The notes under the pieces: generated by a model | The model's database searches: none | Seen by the model: the letters and a program-made list of their open reading frames with translations, nothing else | Told to the model about the DNA's origin: nothing | NCBI GenBank assembly: GCA_050633765.1 | Contig: JBOEHC010000081.1 | Coordinates: 639 to 55,488, forward strand | DNA: 54,850 nt | Reading direction: 5' to 3' | Origin: Gammaproteobacteria bacterium | GTDB taxonomy: Bacteria; Pseudomonadota; Gammaproteobacteria; UBA4575 | Shown: positions 39,900 to 50,340 of the stretch, piece by piece | Position numbering within the stretch: the stretch's first letter is position 1 | Layout of the letters: every line of letters begins with the position of its first letter | Made by a program: the position numbers and the translations under genes

Positions 39900-40115
39900 A
39901 TGCCTGGTGTACGCGTAAAAGAAAACGAGCCCTTTGACTTTGCTTTAAGGCGCTTTCGACGCTCCTGTGAAAAAGCGGGAACCGTAACTGAAGTTCGCCG
40001 TCGTGAAGCATATGAAAAACCTACAGAAATTCGCAAGCGTAAAGCTGCGGCAGCCGTTAAGCGAAATCTTAAGCGGGTAGCTCGCACTAGTTTGCGTCGC
40101 CGTCGCCTATACTAA
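39900..40115 (+). CDS. rpsU: 30S ribosomal protein S21
   Basis: [27 protein letters not shown] is the canonical S21 sequence (71 aa). The track ORF starts upstream at a non-ATG codon. Confidence 0.95.
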   Translation: MPGVRVKENEPFDFALRRFRRSCEKAGTVTEVRRREAYEKPTEIRKRKAAAAVKRNLKRVARTSLRRRRLY

Positions 40116-40133
40116 TCTCCAAGCACCATCCTG

Positions 40134-40580
40134 GTGTCTGAGCTAAAAACCAAACTCACGGATGACATGAAAGCTGCCATGCGCAGCGGCGATAAGCCTC
40201 GTCTACAAACCATTCGTTTAATCCTCTCTGCAGTAAAGCAGCAAGAAGTGGATACCCGTGAAGAACAAAGTGATGACGATATCATTGCCTCACTCACCAA
40301 AATGCAAAAACAGCGTCGTGAGTCCATCAGTCAATTTAAAAAAGCGGGTCGACAAGATTTAGTCGATAAAGAAGAACAGGAATTGGCGGTTATTAGTGAA
40401 TTTCTTCCCGCCGCACTCAGTGATGATGAGATAGATAAATTGATCGCGCAGGCTATGAATACTTCTGGCGCCTCCAGCATCAAAGACATGGGTAAAGTGA
40501 TGGGCATTTTAAAACCTCAGTTAGCCGGTCGCGCTGATATGGGTGCAGTAAGCGCAAAAATTAAATCCGCTTTAGGTTAA
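40134..40580 (+). CDS. yqeY: GatB/YqeY domain protein
   Basis: 148 aa. L..DMKAAMRSGDK..L...R. N-terminal pattern. GTG start. Follows rpsU. Confidence 0.85.
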   Translation: MSELKTKLTDDMKAAMRSGDKPRLQTIRLILSAVKQQEVDTREEQSDDDIIASLTKMQKQRRESISQFKKAGRQDLVDKEEQELAVISEFLPAALSDDEIDKLIAQAMNTSGASSIKDMGKVMGILKPQLAGRADMGAVSAKIKSALG

Positions 40581-40792
40581 GGGAGCTCCAACTTACCGCC
40601 ATTCTTCGTTAAACAGGTAACAATTAATACTCTTGGCAACTGCTCTTTGCATTGCTCTACCTCCTGCATCCATGCAGTTGTGTACGGTTTCGACATTTTT
40701 TACCTCGTCTTATCGATAAATCAAGGCTTCTTCGAATTAGATTGCTATAGTAATCTCCAACATTAAGTACTTTTTCTTAACATTTCTTAGTC

Positions 40793-41854
40793 ATGTCAGC
40801 TTTAAAAAACGACCTTTTTATTCGTGCTCTACTTAGAAAAGAAGTAGAACGCACCCCTATGTGGATTATGCGCCAAGCAGGTCGTTATCTACCTGAGTAT
40901 CGCGCTACTAGAAAACGCGCAGGTAACTTTTTAACACTTTGCAAAACTCCTGAGTTAGCTTGCGAAGTGACTATGCAACCGTTAGATCGATATGGCTTAG
41001 ACGCTGCCATTCTTTTTTCAGACATCTTAACTATTCCTGATGCACTGGGTCTTGGATTGCAATTCAGTGAAGGTGAAGGTCCTAGTTTTAAAACGCCGAT
41101 TAAGAACATGGCGGATGTGGATCGCATTGCTAATTTAACACCGATAAATGAACTGGCGTATGTAACAGATGCCGTGAGTTTAATACGCAAAGAACTCGAT
41201 GGCCGTGTACCTCTAATTGGTTTTTCAGGTAGTCCATGGACTCTCGCGACGTACATGGTTGAAGGTAAAGGCAGTAAAGAATTTCACAAGGTGAAAGGTA
41301 TGCTTTACCAAGAACCTCAGACACTTGAAAAACTTTTAGATGTATTGTGCACCTCTGTAGCCGACTATTTAACCGCGCAGATTGATGCGGGCGCGCAAGC
41401 TGTAATGATCTTCGATACCTGGGGTGGAGTATTGTCTAGAGAATGTTATCTCAAATACTCACTAGACCCTATGCAAAAAATAGTACAAGCACTCAAAAAC
41501 AACCCATCTACTAAACATGTTCCCATTGTTTTATTCACCAAGGGTGGCGGAAATTGGCTAAATGAAATGGCTGCAACGGGCTGTGACGCACTGGGACTAG
41601 ATTGGAGTACTGAAATTGACCATGCACGCGCCCAAGTTGGCAACAAAGTTGCCATACAAGGCAATTTAGATCCTTGTGTACTGTATGGAAGTGATAATGT
41701 AATCCGTGAAGAAGTTAAGAAAGTGCTTAGCAAGTTTGGAAAAGGAAATGGCCATGTGCTTAATTTAGGGCATGGGATTCAACAATACGTAGACCCAGAA
41801 AAAGTCACGGTTTTAGTCGAGGCAGTTAAAGAATTCAGCCCTGCTTACCACTAA
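40793..41854 (+). CDS. hemE: Uroporphyrinogen decarboxylase
   Basis: URO-D signature [15 protein letters not shown]. 353 aa. Confidence 0.95.
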   Translation: MSALKNDLFIRALLRKEVERTPMWIMRQAGRYLPEYRATRKRAGNFLTLCKTPELACEVTMQPLDRYGLDAAILFSDILTIPDALGLGLQFSEGEGPSFKTPIKNMADVDRIANLTPINELAYVTDAVSLIRKELDGRVPLIGFSGSPWTLATYMVEGKGSKEFHKVKGMLYQEPQTLEKLLDVLCTSVADYLTAQIDAGAQAVMIFDTWGGVLSRECYLKYSLDPMQKIVQALKNNPSTKHVPIVLFTKGGGNWLNEMAATGCDALGLDWSTEIDHARAQVGNKVAIQGNLDPCVLYGSDNVIREEVKKVLSKFGKGNGHVLNLGHGIQQYVDPEKVTVLVEAVKEFSPAYH

Positions 41855-42459
41855 TTAATTTCTAGTAATTCTTTTAAAGCTTTTATATTGATCCGCGGCA
41901 TACTACGGTTTTGGATTTTACTTTTTGGTTGCTGATGTTGTTGTCGCTGGTTAAATACGACCACGTCGATTTCAAAATTTTTATATTCAAAATTTATTGT
42001 TGGTAATAATACAAACTCATTATTCAGCTTTAAACGCCGTTCTACTGAATTTAGTTGCATGCTTTTATCTTCCAGCACCTCGACTACGCTCTCTACAGTC
42101 TCGCAAGAAATATGGATGCTTATTGGTGCATTAACTCCTACAGCACAACCTGAAATTGAACCTACCAAAAACGGCGAATAGTTTTGTAGCCACTGCATAA
42201 TTGTTAATGCAATTTGGCGTTCAACAAGCAATACTTGTTCATAGTCAGGAATAAATGTTTTTTGAAATGAAGAAAGGGCTTGCTCGATTTCAAAGTTACT
42301 CGGCAATGACCCGTGCTGGGAATTGCCTAGTCGCTCACTGGCTTTTAATTTTGCACGATGGAAGTCCCGCACACCTTCGACAGTAATAATTTTTGCCGTT
42401 TCATGGGCAAGTGCGTAGCGTAATTTATCTGAACGACGATCTGGCTTTTTTCGCGTCAC
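41851..42459 (-). CDS. Hypothetical protein (202 aa), co-directional with and downstream of mrcA
   Basis: Long clean ORF 35 nt downstream of mrcA. No family recognised with confidence. Confidence 0.5.
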   Translation of the reverse strand: MTRKKPDRRSDKLRYALAHETAKIITVEGVRDFHRAKLKASERLGNSQHGSLPSNFEIEQALSSFQKTFIPDYEQVLLVERQIALTIMQWLQNYSPFLVGSISGCAVGVNAPISIHISCETVESVVEVLEDKSMQLNSVERRLKLNNEFVLLPTINFEYKNFEIDVVVFNQRQQHQQPKSKIQNRSMPRINIKALKELLEIN

Positions 42460-42494
42460 TTGAATTGAATGACAATCTCTTAATTTAAGATTTT

Positions 42495-44990
42495 CTAGAA
42501 TAGTTGCTCTGGAATTTCGATAACTTCTCCCGGCTCACCGTCTTCTTGCTGATAAGTGATTTGATTATCCATCTCAACACTTTTAGTAGGAATATATTGC
42601 TCACGAAAGGTTTCTTCAATGCCTTGCTCACTATCTTGGTCAACCAGCAAACCCGTTTTAGGGTCAATACGCATGGTAATAATACTCTCGGGTGCTGCTA
42701 AAGAATTTTCTGCTTTATCCTCTAACGCTGTACGCATGTATTCCATCCATATTGGTAGTGCCGCGGTGCCTCCCACTTCACGCTTACCTAGTGGTCGATC
42801 TTGATCAAAGCCCACCCAAACGGTTGCCACCACATCAGCATTGAATCCGCTAAACCACGCATCATGCTGTTCATTAGTAGTACCAGTTTTACCAGCTAAA
42901 TCATTTCGACCAAGCGCTTTAGCTTTAGTAGCCGTGCCACGCCTAATTACATCTTGCATCATACTGACGGTTTGATAGGCATTGTCTTCTTCCAATACGC
43001 GTGCGGCAATTCTAAGTTCATTTGGTAATGAGGCAGCCTCGTTTACTAAACCAGCGACATCTTTAGTTTGTTCTATATTTATATCTATCGCTTCCTCTAT
43101 TGGCTGAAACATTCCTTCACAATCGGATTCACAAACTGCTAACGCATCGACACTAAATAGCACTTCACCTTTGTCACTTTCAATGCGCTCGATTAAATAA
43201 GGCTCGACCAAATATCCTCCATTGGCAAATACTGCATAACCTTTTGCTAGCTCTAATGGCGTCACAGCTCCCGAACCTAATGCCAGGGTTAAGTCATAAG
43301 GTAATCGTTCACGATCAAAACCAAACTTAGTAACGTGCTGCATGGCATGTCTGCGACCCATATCATTTAAAAGACGTATTGAAACCATATTGCGTGATTT
43401 AAATAAAGCGACTCTTAAACGAGTAGGGCCAAAAAATTTACCGCTGTAATTTTGTGGCCGCCAAGTATCTTCAAGTGCCACATCTTCAAACACTACTGGT
43501 GCATCATTAATAATGCTTGCTGGTGTATAGCCGTAATCCAATGCAGCAGAATAAATAAAGGGCTTAAAACTGGAGCCAGGTTGGCGTCTAGCCTGGATGG
43601 CACGGTTGAATTTACTATAGTAGTAATCAAAGCCTCCAACTAATGCGAGAATCCCACCATTATTTGGATCAACAGAAACCAAAGCCCCTGATACTTCTGG
43701 AATTTGCTCTAAAGTCCATTGTTTAGAGTCTTCACTTGTAACACGTATTACATCACCGACAGCAAACATTTTAGTCAAGTCGCTGGGCGCAGCACTTATT
43801 GAATTTTCATTTAAATATTTCCCTGCCCACTGCACGTCTTGCAGTGAGATTTCAACAATACGCTCAGCACCAATATACGCTTGCATTTTTTCTTTACTGA
43901 TTGCGGTTATCACTGCAGGCGCCAAACCACCCACTTCGCTGGATTCACTAATGACTTCGTCTAACTTTGCAGTATCTATATCACCCGTTTCAGTTAAGAA
44001 ATTTTCAATTTTAGTTTCTGCGCCTCGATACCCATGACGTCGATCATAAGCACGTAATCCATTAACTAATGCCCTGCTAGCTGCTTGTTGTAATCGAGTA
44101 TCGATCGTAGTGAACACACGATAACCTTTGTTATATGCATCGGCTGTCCCATAGGTATCAACAATAAATGCACGTGCCATCTCACCTATATATGGCGCGT
44201 CCACCTCAACCCGTGGAATATGTCGTGAAGCGGTTACTGGAGCATCGAGTGAATTTTGGTAGGTATCATCATCGATGAAGCCTAATTTATGCATTCTCCC
44301 TAATACGTAATCTCTACGCACCACTGCACGATCAGGGTTGATGATTGGATTATATTTGGAAGGCGCTTTAGGTAGGCCCGCTATCATGGCCAGCTGCGAA
44401 TAATTTAACTCATCAACATCTAGACCATAATATACATCTGCCGCCGCCCCCACACCGTAGGCCCGGTTCCCTAGATATATTTTATTTAGATATAGCTCAA
44501 GGATTTCGTCTTTACTGAGCTGGTGTTCAATTTGAAATGCTAAAAAGATCTCTCGCAATTTACGTACGTATTTTTTTTCGCTGCTGAGAAAAAAATTCCT
44601 TGCTAGCTGCATAGTTATGGTACTGCCACCTGAACGAATTTCGCCAGTTCGTATCAGTTCGGTAGCGGCACGTAGCAAGCCCTGATAATCCACCCCTGGG
44701 TGCTGGTAAAAACGATCATCCTCGGCAGCAAGAAAGGCTTGAATTACCGCTTCTGGGTATTCTTTGATCTGTAGGGGCTGGCGACGCTTTTCACCATAGA
44801 CGGCAATAAGCTTGCTATCTCGGCTAAATACCTTGAGAGGCACCTGCAATTCGACATCTTTTAGCGTGCTGACACTAGGCAAGCCTGGAGCAAAATAGAG
44901 AAAAGCCCCTACCGCAATAATGCCCACAGCGACGGAGATCCCGAAAATTCCGATGAATACTAGTCGTAAAAGCTTTAAAAACAATGGCAT
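42495..44990 (-). CDS. mrcA: Penicillin-binding protein 1A (bifunctional glycosyltransferase/transpeptidase)
   Basis: GT51 motifs EDDRFYQHPGVD and GGSTITMQLARN. Transpeptidase motifs SSFKP (SxxK), SRN and KTGTT. Divergent from pilM, as in Pseudomonas. Confidence 0.9.
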   Translation of the reverse strand: MPLFLKLLRLVFIGIFGISVAVGIIAVGAFLYFAPGLPSVSTLKDVELQVPLKVFSRDSKLIAVYGEKRRQPLQIKEYPEAVIQAFLAAEDDRFYQHPGVDYQGLLRAATELIRTGEIRSGGSTITMQLARNFFLSSEKKYVRKLREIFLAFQIEHQLSKDEILELYLNKIYLGNRAYGVGAAADVYYGLDVDELNYSQLAMIAGLPKAPSKYNPIINPDRAVVRRDYVLGRMHKLGFIDDDTYQNSLDAPVTASRHIPRVEVDAPYIGEMARAFIVDTYGTADAYNKGYRVFTTIDTRLQQAASRALVNGLRAYDRRHGYRGAETKIENFLTETGDIDTAKLDEVISESSEVGGLAPAVITAISKEKMQAYIGAERIVEISLQDVQWAGKYLNENSISAAPSDLTKMFAVGDVIRVTSEDSKQWTLEQIPEVSGALVSVDPNNGGILALVGGFDYYYSKFNRAIQARRQPGSSFKPFIYSAALDYGYTPASIINDAPVVFEDVALEDTWRPQNYSGKFFGPTRLRVALFKSRNMVSIRLLNDMGRRHAMQHVTKFGFDRERLPYDLTLALGSGAVTPLELAKGYAVFANGGYLVEPYLIERIESDKGEVLFSVDALAVCESDCEGMFQPIEEAIDINIEQTKDVAGLVNEAASLPNELRIAARVLEEDNAYQTVSMMQDVIRRGTATKAKALGRNDLAGKTGTTNEQHDAWFSGFNADVVATVWVGFDQDRPLGKREVGGTAALPIWMEYMRTALEDKAENSLAAPESIITMRIDPKTGLLVDQDSEQGIEETFREQYIPTKSVEMDNQITYQQEDGEPGEVIEIPEQLF

Positions 44991-45173
44991 ATGCTTACAA
45001 TGAACGCTGCTCTAGTAAGTTATCTTAATAAAGCAGGGTATCAGAACCTAAATTTAGCGGTTCATCAAGTAGTTTGCGAAAACCACTATTTGATATAGAG
45101 TTACATACAGTTTCTAATATACTTATATATAAGCCAATCATAACTATCACAATATTTAAAAATTTAAACCAAC

Positions 45174-46235
45174 GTGCTGTTTTTCAATAAAAATAAAGGC
45201 CCTGTAGTAGGCCTGGATATAAGCTCATCCTCCGTGAAGGCGATGGAGTTTTCACAAACCAGCAATGGTTATCGTGTTGACCATTATGGTGTAGAACCGC
45301 TGCCTTCAAATGCCGTGACTGAAAAAGTGATATCGGATGTAGATGCGGTTGGTGAAAGTATTAGACAAGTCATGAAGAAGTCTAGTTCCAAAGCCAAGAA
45401 CTGCTGTTTAGCCGTAGCAGGATCTGCTGTCATCACAAAAGTCATCACCATGCCAGCAAATCTGAGCGAAGAAGACTTGGAAGGACAGATTCAATTAGAA
45501 GCCGATCAGTACATTCCCTACGCACTAGAAGAAGTAAACTTAGATTTCGATATTCTTGGACCTACTGAAGATAACCCAGAAACTATTGACGTATTACTCG
45601 CCGCATCGCGAAGTGAAAATGTTGATATGCGTGTAGCGGCAGCTGAAGCGGCTGGACTCACACCGATTGTGATAGATGTAGAAGCATATTCAATTGAAAA
45701 TGTGTTCCCTATTTTAACTGAATCGGTTGAAAATCGAGGTCGTGACAAAACGGTCGCCATACTCGACATAGGCGCTACGATGACTAGTTTAAACGTGCTT
45801 GCAGACCATAAGATGGTCTATACGCGCGAACAGCCTTTCGGTGGCAAACAATTAACCGAAGAAATTATGCACCAGTATGGTTTAACCTTTGAAGAAGCTG
45901 GTTTAGCCAAAAAAGAAGGTGGTTTGCCGGAGAACTATGTATCTGACTTGTTAGAACCATTTAAAAATACGGCAGCGCAACAAGCGAATCGTTTCTTACA
46001 ATTTTATTATTCAGCTAGTCAAAATGTTACCGTTGACCACATATTGTTAGCGGGTGGCTGTGCTGCAATCCCGGGCTTAGATGAAAGAATTGCCAATGAA
46101 ACAGGAATTCAAACCACCATTGCGAATCCCTTTAGTCACCTTTCACTGGGATCAAAAATCAATCCACAGTCTCTGGGCAGCGATGCTCCATCTATGTTAA
46201 TTTCGTGCGGTCTTGCACTACGAGCATTTGACTAG
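45174..46235 (+). CDS. pilM: Type IV pilus assembly protein PilM
   Basis: Actin-like ATPase fold. N-terminus VVGLDISSSSVKAMEF. GTG start. First gene of pilMNOPQ. Confidence 0.9.
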   Translation: MLFFNKNKGPVVGLDISSSSVKAMEFSQTSNGYRVDHYGVEPLPSNAVTEKVISDVDAVGESIRQVMKKSSSKAKNCCLAVAGSAVITKVITMPANLSEEDLEGQIQLEADQYIPYALEEVNLDFDILGPTEDNPETIDVLLAASRSENVDMRVAAAEAAGLTPIVIDVEAYSIENVFPILTESVENRGRDKTVAILDIGATMTSLNVLADHKMVYTREQPFGGKQLTEEIMHQYGLTFEEAGLAKKEGGLPENYVSDLLEPFKNTAAQQANRFLQFYYSASQNVTVDHILLAGGCAAIPGLDERIANETGIQTTIANPFSHLSLGSKINPQSLGSDAPSMLISCGLALRAFD

Positions 46236-46252
46236 GGGGCTTTTGATTAATT

Positions 46253-46819
46253 ATGGCTAGAATTAATTTATTACCTTGGCGCGAAACGCGTAGAAGCGAA
46301 CAACAGAAAGAATTTTTCACGCTAATGGGAATGGCTGCAGCGCTATGTGCGCTAGTTGTGCTACTCACACATTTTGAGATTAATGGCAGAGTTAGTCACC
46401 AAGAAAAGCGCAACCAATTCCTTACTAATGAAATTAAAGTATTGGATGGCAGGATTGCAGAAATCAAGAAATTAGATTCCACCAGACAAGCTTTGATTGA
46501 GCGCATGGAGGTTATCCAGAACTTACAAGCGGCCCGTCCGGGAGTTGTGCATCTATTTGATGAATTAGTTAAAACACTACCTGAAGGTGTACATCTTTCT
46601 AGCCTTAAACAATCAGGAGGCAGTTTGCAGTTATCAGGGAAAGCCGAGTCTAATGCGCGGGTATCGTCTTATATGCGCAAAATTGAAGACTCTGATTGGC
46701 TAGCAAATCCAAGTTTGGGTGTAATAGAAACTAAAGATACAAAACTGTCACGCGTCAGCAATTTTAGTCTAACCGCGCAACAAATTAATCCTAATATCAT
46801 CGAAGAAGAAGAAAATTAA
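46253..46819 (+). CDS. pilN: Type IV pilus assembly protein PilN
   Basis: INLLPWRE N-terminal motif and a single TM helix. 188 aa. Confidence 0.85.
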   Translation: MARINLLPWRETRRSEQQKEFFTLMGMAAALCALVVLLTHFEINGRVSHQEKRNQFLTNEIKVLDGRIAEIKKLDSTRQALIERMEVIQNLQAARPGVVHLFDELVKTLPEGVHLSSLKQSGGSLQLSGKAESNARVSSYMRKIEDSDWLANPSLGVIETKDTKLSRVSNFSLTAQQINPNIIEEEEN

Positions 46820-46822
46820 GAA

Positions 46823-47413
46823 ATGGATTTTGCAGAACTAAAAGATGTAAATCTTACAAATATTGGCACTTCACCATTATGGGTGAAGGTATTGCTAATC
46901 GGTGTAGTCTGCATCGCAATTTTATTCGCTGGTTATTGGTTACACCACAAAGGCCAGTTAGAAGGCTTAAAACGAGTACAGGCCAAAGAAATTGAGCTTC
47001 GGTCAACATTTGAAAACAAGGCTGAAAAAGCAGCTAACTTAGAGCTATATAAAGTTCAGCTTGAAGAAATGCGCCGCACTTTCGGAACTTTGTTACGCCA
47101 ATTACCTAGTAAGACTGAAATTCCCGCACTTATTGTTGATATATCGCAAACAGGTTTAGCTAGTGGTTTAGAAATAGAGCTATTTAAACCAAATCCTGAG
47201 TCTCGCAAAGAATTTTATGCAGAAAAACCTATTAGTTTACGAGTAAAGGGTGACTACCATCAGTTTGGTGCTTTCGCTAGCGAGATTGCTGCACTACCAA
47301 GAATTGTCACGCTGCATAATATATCACTCACCCCAAGTAGTGGTGATGATAAAGACATGACCATGACTGCTACCGCGAAAACCTACCGTTATCTTGAAGA
47401 GGATGAGGAATGA
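46823..47413 (+). CDS. pilO: Type IV pilus assembly protein PilO
   Basis: Single TM helix, a coiled coil and a ferredoxin-like C-terminus. Position in the operon fits. Confidence 0.85.
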   Translation: MDFAELKDVNLTNIGTSPLWVKVLLIGVVCIAILFAGYWLHHKGQLEGLKRVQAKEIELRSTFENKAEKAANLELYKVQLEEMRRTFGTLLRQLPSKTEIPALIVDISQTGLASGLEIELFKPNPESRKEFYAEKPISLRVKGDYHQFGAFASEIAALPRIVTLHNISLTPSSGDDKDMTMTATAKTYRYLEEDEE

Positions 47414-47958
47414 AGAGGGCAAACATAAAGCACCTGCCTGCTGCTTGGGTTTTATTAATGGCTTTGAGCATTGTTCTTATGACTGGCTGTGGTAGAGAGA
47501 TGCGTGATCTGGAAGATTATGCAGAAGAAGTAAAATCTCGCGAACCTCCTGGCATTGATCCAATACCTGAGGTAAAGCCATACCAAAGCTTCAAATATCA
47601 GGCCAATAATGCACGCAATCCTTTTGATGCGTCAATATTTCAAGCTAAAATTGTGCGCAATATTAGAAAAACCAATTCTACAATTTCGCCAGACCCTAAT
47701 CGTACTCCTGAATTTTTGGAAAACTTTCCTCTTGATGCGTTAACTATGGTCGGAACTCTTGAACAAAAGGGTACGCTTTGGGCATTAGTACAAACCCCGG
47801 AAAAAACCATTCAGCGTATTTCGACTGGAAATTATCTAGGGCAAAACAACGGTAAAGTTTTAGATGTATCAGATGCCGGAATTAAATTAGAAGAAATAAT
47901 TCCTGATGGTTTTGGTGGCTGGCGTAAGCGCGATGGAGCTATTGCAATTAGCGAGTAA
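47410..47958 (+). CDS. pilP: Type IV pilus assembly lipoprotein PilP
   Basis: Lipobox LMTGC. Its start overlaps the pilO stop (ATGA). 182 aa. Confidence 0.8.
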   Translation: MKRANIKHLPAAWVLLMALSIVLMTGCGREMRDLEDYAEEVKSREPPGIDPIPEVKPYQSFKYQANNARNPFDASIFQAKIVRNIRKTNSTISPDPNRTPEFLENFPLDALTMVGTLEQKGTLWALVQTPEKTIQRISTGNYLGQNNGKVLDVSDAGIKLEEIIPDGFGGWRKRDGAIAISE

Positions 47959-48040
47959 TTTGCAAAACAAAATAAATTCAGAGAAATTAGTTAGAGATAT
48001 TATTTACAGGGAAAGCTTTAATACTAAGGGGCATTATGCC

Positions 48041-50206
48041 ATGAACGAATCATTACCTAACACAAATAGTAATAACACAGCGAAAATGTTAAATAACAAT
48101 AATAAATATAGAAATGCGGTATTTAAAGGAATCGTTACATTGCTTCTGTTCATGACAGCTATGACCGCTTTCGCACAGAATGAACTACGAGATATTAAAG
48201 TTGCAAGCTTACCGAATGACGAAATTCAATTATCACTGCAATTTGCTAACCCTCCAACCGAACCTTTAGCGTTTACGATTGATAACCCTGCACGTATCGC
48301 TTTAGATTTCCCTGGCACTAACAGCGCACTTGCAAGTCGCTTTCAAAATATAGGCATAGGCGTAGCACAGAGTGTCAATGCTGCTGAAGCGAAAGGGCGC
48401 ACAAGAGTGGTAATCAATTTAAGTCGCATGGAAGATTACAATGCAAGCGTTTCGGGCAATAATTATATACTTACCATTGGTTCAAGTTCAGCTACACCTG
48501 CGCAACCAGCTGTGGCTAGCTCAGCACCTGCTGAACCAAACTATACTGCTAATAGTTCAACTGGTGGGAACAACATTGACAATGTTGATTTCAGACGAGG
48601 GCAGGATGGTGCGGCACGTATTATTGTCAATCTTTCAAACCCGAATATTCCAATCAATCTAAGTGAGCAAGGTGGCCGAGTAATTGTTGATTTTGCAAAC
48701 ACTTCTATTCCTAGCAATCTTAGCAAACGTTGGAATGTAGTCGATTTCTCTACACCGGTAAGATTATTCGAAACATTTGCTGATGGCACTAACACTAAAA
48801 TGATTATCTCGCCAGATGCGAGCAAAGAATTCGAACACTTGGCGTACCAATCAGATAATCAATATGTTGTAGAAGTAAGAGAAATACCTGAAGAAGTAGT
48901 CGAGCAGCGCAAAAAAGATGTGTTTGAAGGCGAACGACTTTCGTTAAACTTCCAAGACATCGAAGTGCGCTCTGTATTACAACTTATCGCGGACTTTACC
49001 AATCTCAACATGGTAGTCAGTGATGCAGTTTCTGGAAACTTAACCTTAAGATTAAAGAATGTTCCATGGGATCAAGCTCTAGACATCATTTTGAAAACCA
49101 AGGGTCTCGGCAAACGTGAAAATGGCAATGTAATTTACGTTGCACCAAGCGAGGAAATCGCTGCACGTGAAAAATTAGAGCTTGAGGCTCAACAGCAAGT
49201 ACAAGAGTTGGCACCTCTTCGTTCAGAATTCATTCAAGTAAACTACGCGCGTGCAAATGATCTAGCAGCATTATTAAAATCATCGGATAATTCTCTTCTT
49301 TCTGATCGAGGTAATGTCACCGTTGATGATCGAACCAACAACCTGTTAGTGCAAGACACGGCCTTAAAATTGGATGAAATTAGGCGTCTAGTAGAAAGAC
49401 TCGATGTACCGGTTAAACAAGTGCTGATTGAATCACGTATTGTAGTCGCGAGTGATGACTTTACAAAAGCTCTTGGCGTACGCTTTGGTGTCTCGAATCG
49501 AGATACCAATACTGCTGGCGATGACGACTTCGATGCCATTGCACGAAACCTTGAAGGCACAGATGCCGCACTAAATGGCGGCACTATACCTTTACCAAAT
49601 AGATTAAATGTAAACTTACCTGCTGCTGCTGCAACAGGTAGTATAGGGCTTGCCTTAGCGAAACTGCCTTTAGGATTGTTATTAGACTTGGAGCTGTCGG
49701 CTGCACAAACCGAGAGTCGGGCGGAAGTAATTTCTACGCCAAGAGTCATCGCCTCTAATCAAACCACAGCACGAATTGAACAAGGTACTGAAATTCCATT
49801 TCAGTCTGCAACGTCTAGTGGTGCAACCGATGTAGAATTTAAGAAAGCTGTGTTATCACTAGAAGTTACACCGCAAATCACACCTGATGATCGTGTTTCA
49901 ATGAAATTACTGATAACGAATGACTCCGTTGGTGCACTTGTCCCTTCAGGGTTTGGAGGCACAATCCCATCCATTGATACCAATGAAGTAGAAACGGACG
50001 TATTAGTCGATAATGGACAAACTATTGTACTTGGCGGTGTATACGAGAATGATACGACGAACCAGGTAAGTCGCGTACCTTTCTTTGCAGACTTACCATT
50101 TGTAGGTGTGTTGTTTAGAAGTACTTCATTAATTGATGAAAAATCAGAATTGTTAGTATTTATTACCCCTAAAATCATTAGCGAGGATTTAAAATTAGTG
50201 CGCTGA
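48041..50206 (+). CDS. pilQ: Type IV pilus secretin PilQ
   Basis: Two AMIN-like N-terminal repeats (ARIALDFPGT / ARIIVNLSN). Secretin C-terminus VPFFADLPFVGVLFRS...LLVFITPKII. The ATG at 48041 follows an AAGGGG SD; an alternative ATG at 48086 directly precedes the signal peptide. The track ORF start at 47906 lies inside pilP. Confidence 0.9.
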   Translation: MNESLPNTNSNNTAKMLNNNNKYRNAVFKGIVTLLLFMTAMTAFAQNELRDIKVASLPNDEIQLSLQFANPPTEPLAFTIDNPARIALDFPGTNSALASRFQNIGIGVAQSVNAAEAKGRTRVVINLSRMEDYNASVSGNNYILTIGSSSATPAQPAVASSAPAEPNYTANSSTGGNNIDNVDFRRGQDGAARIIVNLSNPNIPINLSEQGGRVIVDFANTSIPSNLSKRWNVVDFSTPVRLFETFADGTNTKMIISPDASKEFEHLAYQSDNQYVVEVREIPEEVVEQRKKDVFEGERLSLNFQDIEVRSVLQLIADFTNLNMVVSDAVSGNLTLRLKNVPWDQALDIILKTKGLGKRENGNVIYVAPSEEIAAREKLELEAQQQVQELAPLRSEFIQVNYARANDLAALLKSSDNSLLSDRGNVTVDDRTNNLLVQDTALKLDEIRRLVERLDVPVKQVLIESRIVVASDDFTKALGVRFGVSNRDTNTAGDDDFDAIARNLEGTDAALNGGTIPLPNRLNVNLPAAAATGSIGLALAKLPLGLLLDLELSAAQTESRAEVISTPRVIASNQTTARIEQGTEIPFQSATSSGATDVEFKKAVLSLEVTPQITPDDRVSMKLLITNDSVGALVPSGFGGTIPSIDTNEVETDVLVDNGQTIVLGGVYENDTTNQVSRVPFFADLPFVGVLFRSTSLIDEKSELLVFITPKIISEDLKLVR

Positions 50207-50237
50207 GTTTTAAACTTCAATATCTCAATACCATCTA

Positions 50238-50268
50238 CCCTCTCTATTTAGAATAGAGAGGGTTTTTT
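50238..50268 (+). terminator. Rho-independent terminator after pilQ
   Basis: CCCTCTCTA-tttagaa-TAGAGAGGG (9-bp stem) followed by T6. Confidence 0.8.
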
Positions 50269-50340
50269 CGTTTTGGTCTATACTCTTTTTACTTGAAGGA
50301 CTCATTTAATACTAAAAACATAATCAGAGTGTGATTTTCA

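Noticed and set aside
40885-41256. 123-aa ORF antisense to hemE (and 41130..41324, 41446..41733)
   Set aside because: These shadow ORFs lie within a strongly supported conserved gene.
49243-50220. 168-aa and 139-aa ORFs antisense to pilQ
   Set aside because: These are Ser/Thr/Arg-rich shadow frames opposite the secretin domain. They have no SD and no independent signal.
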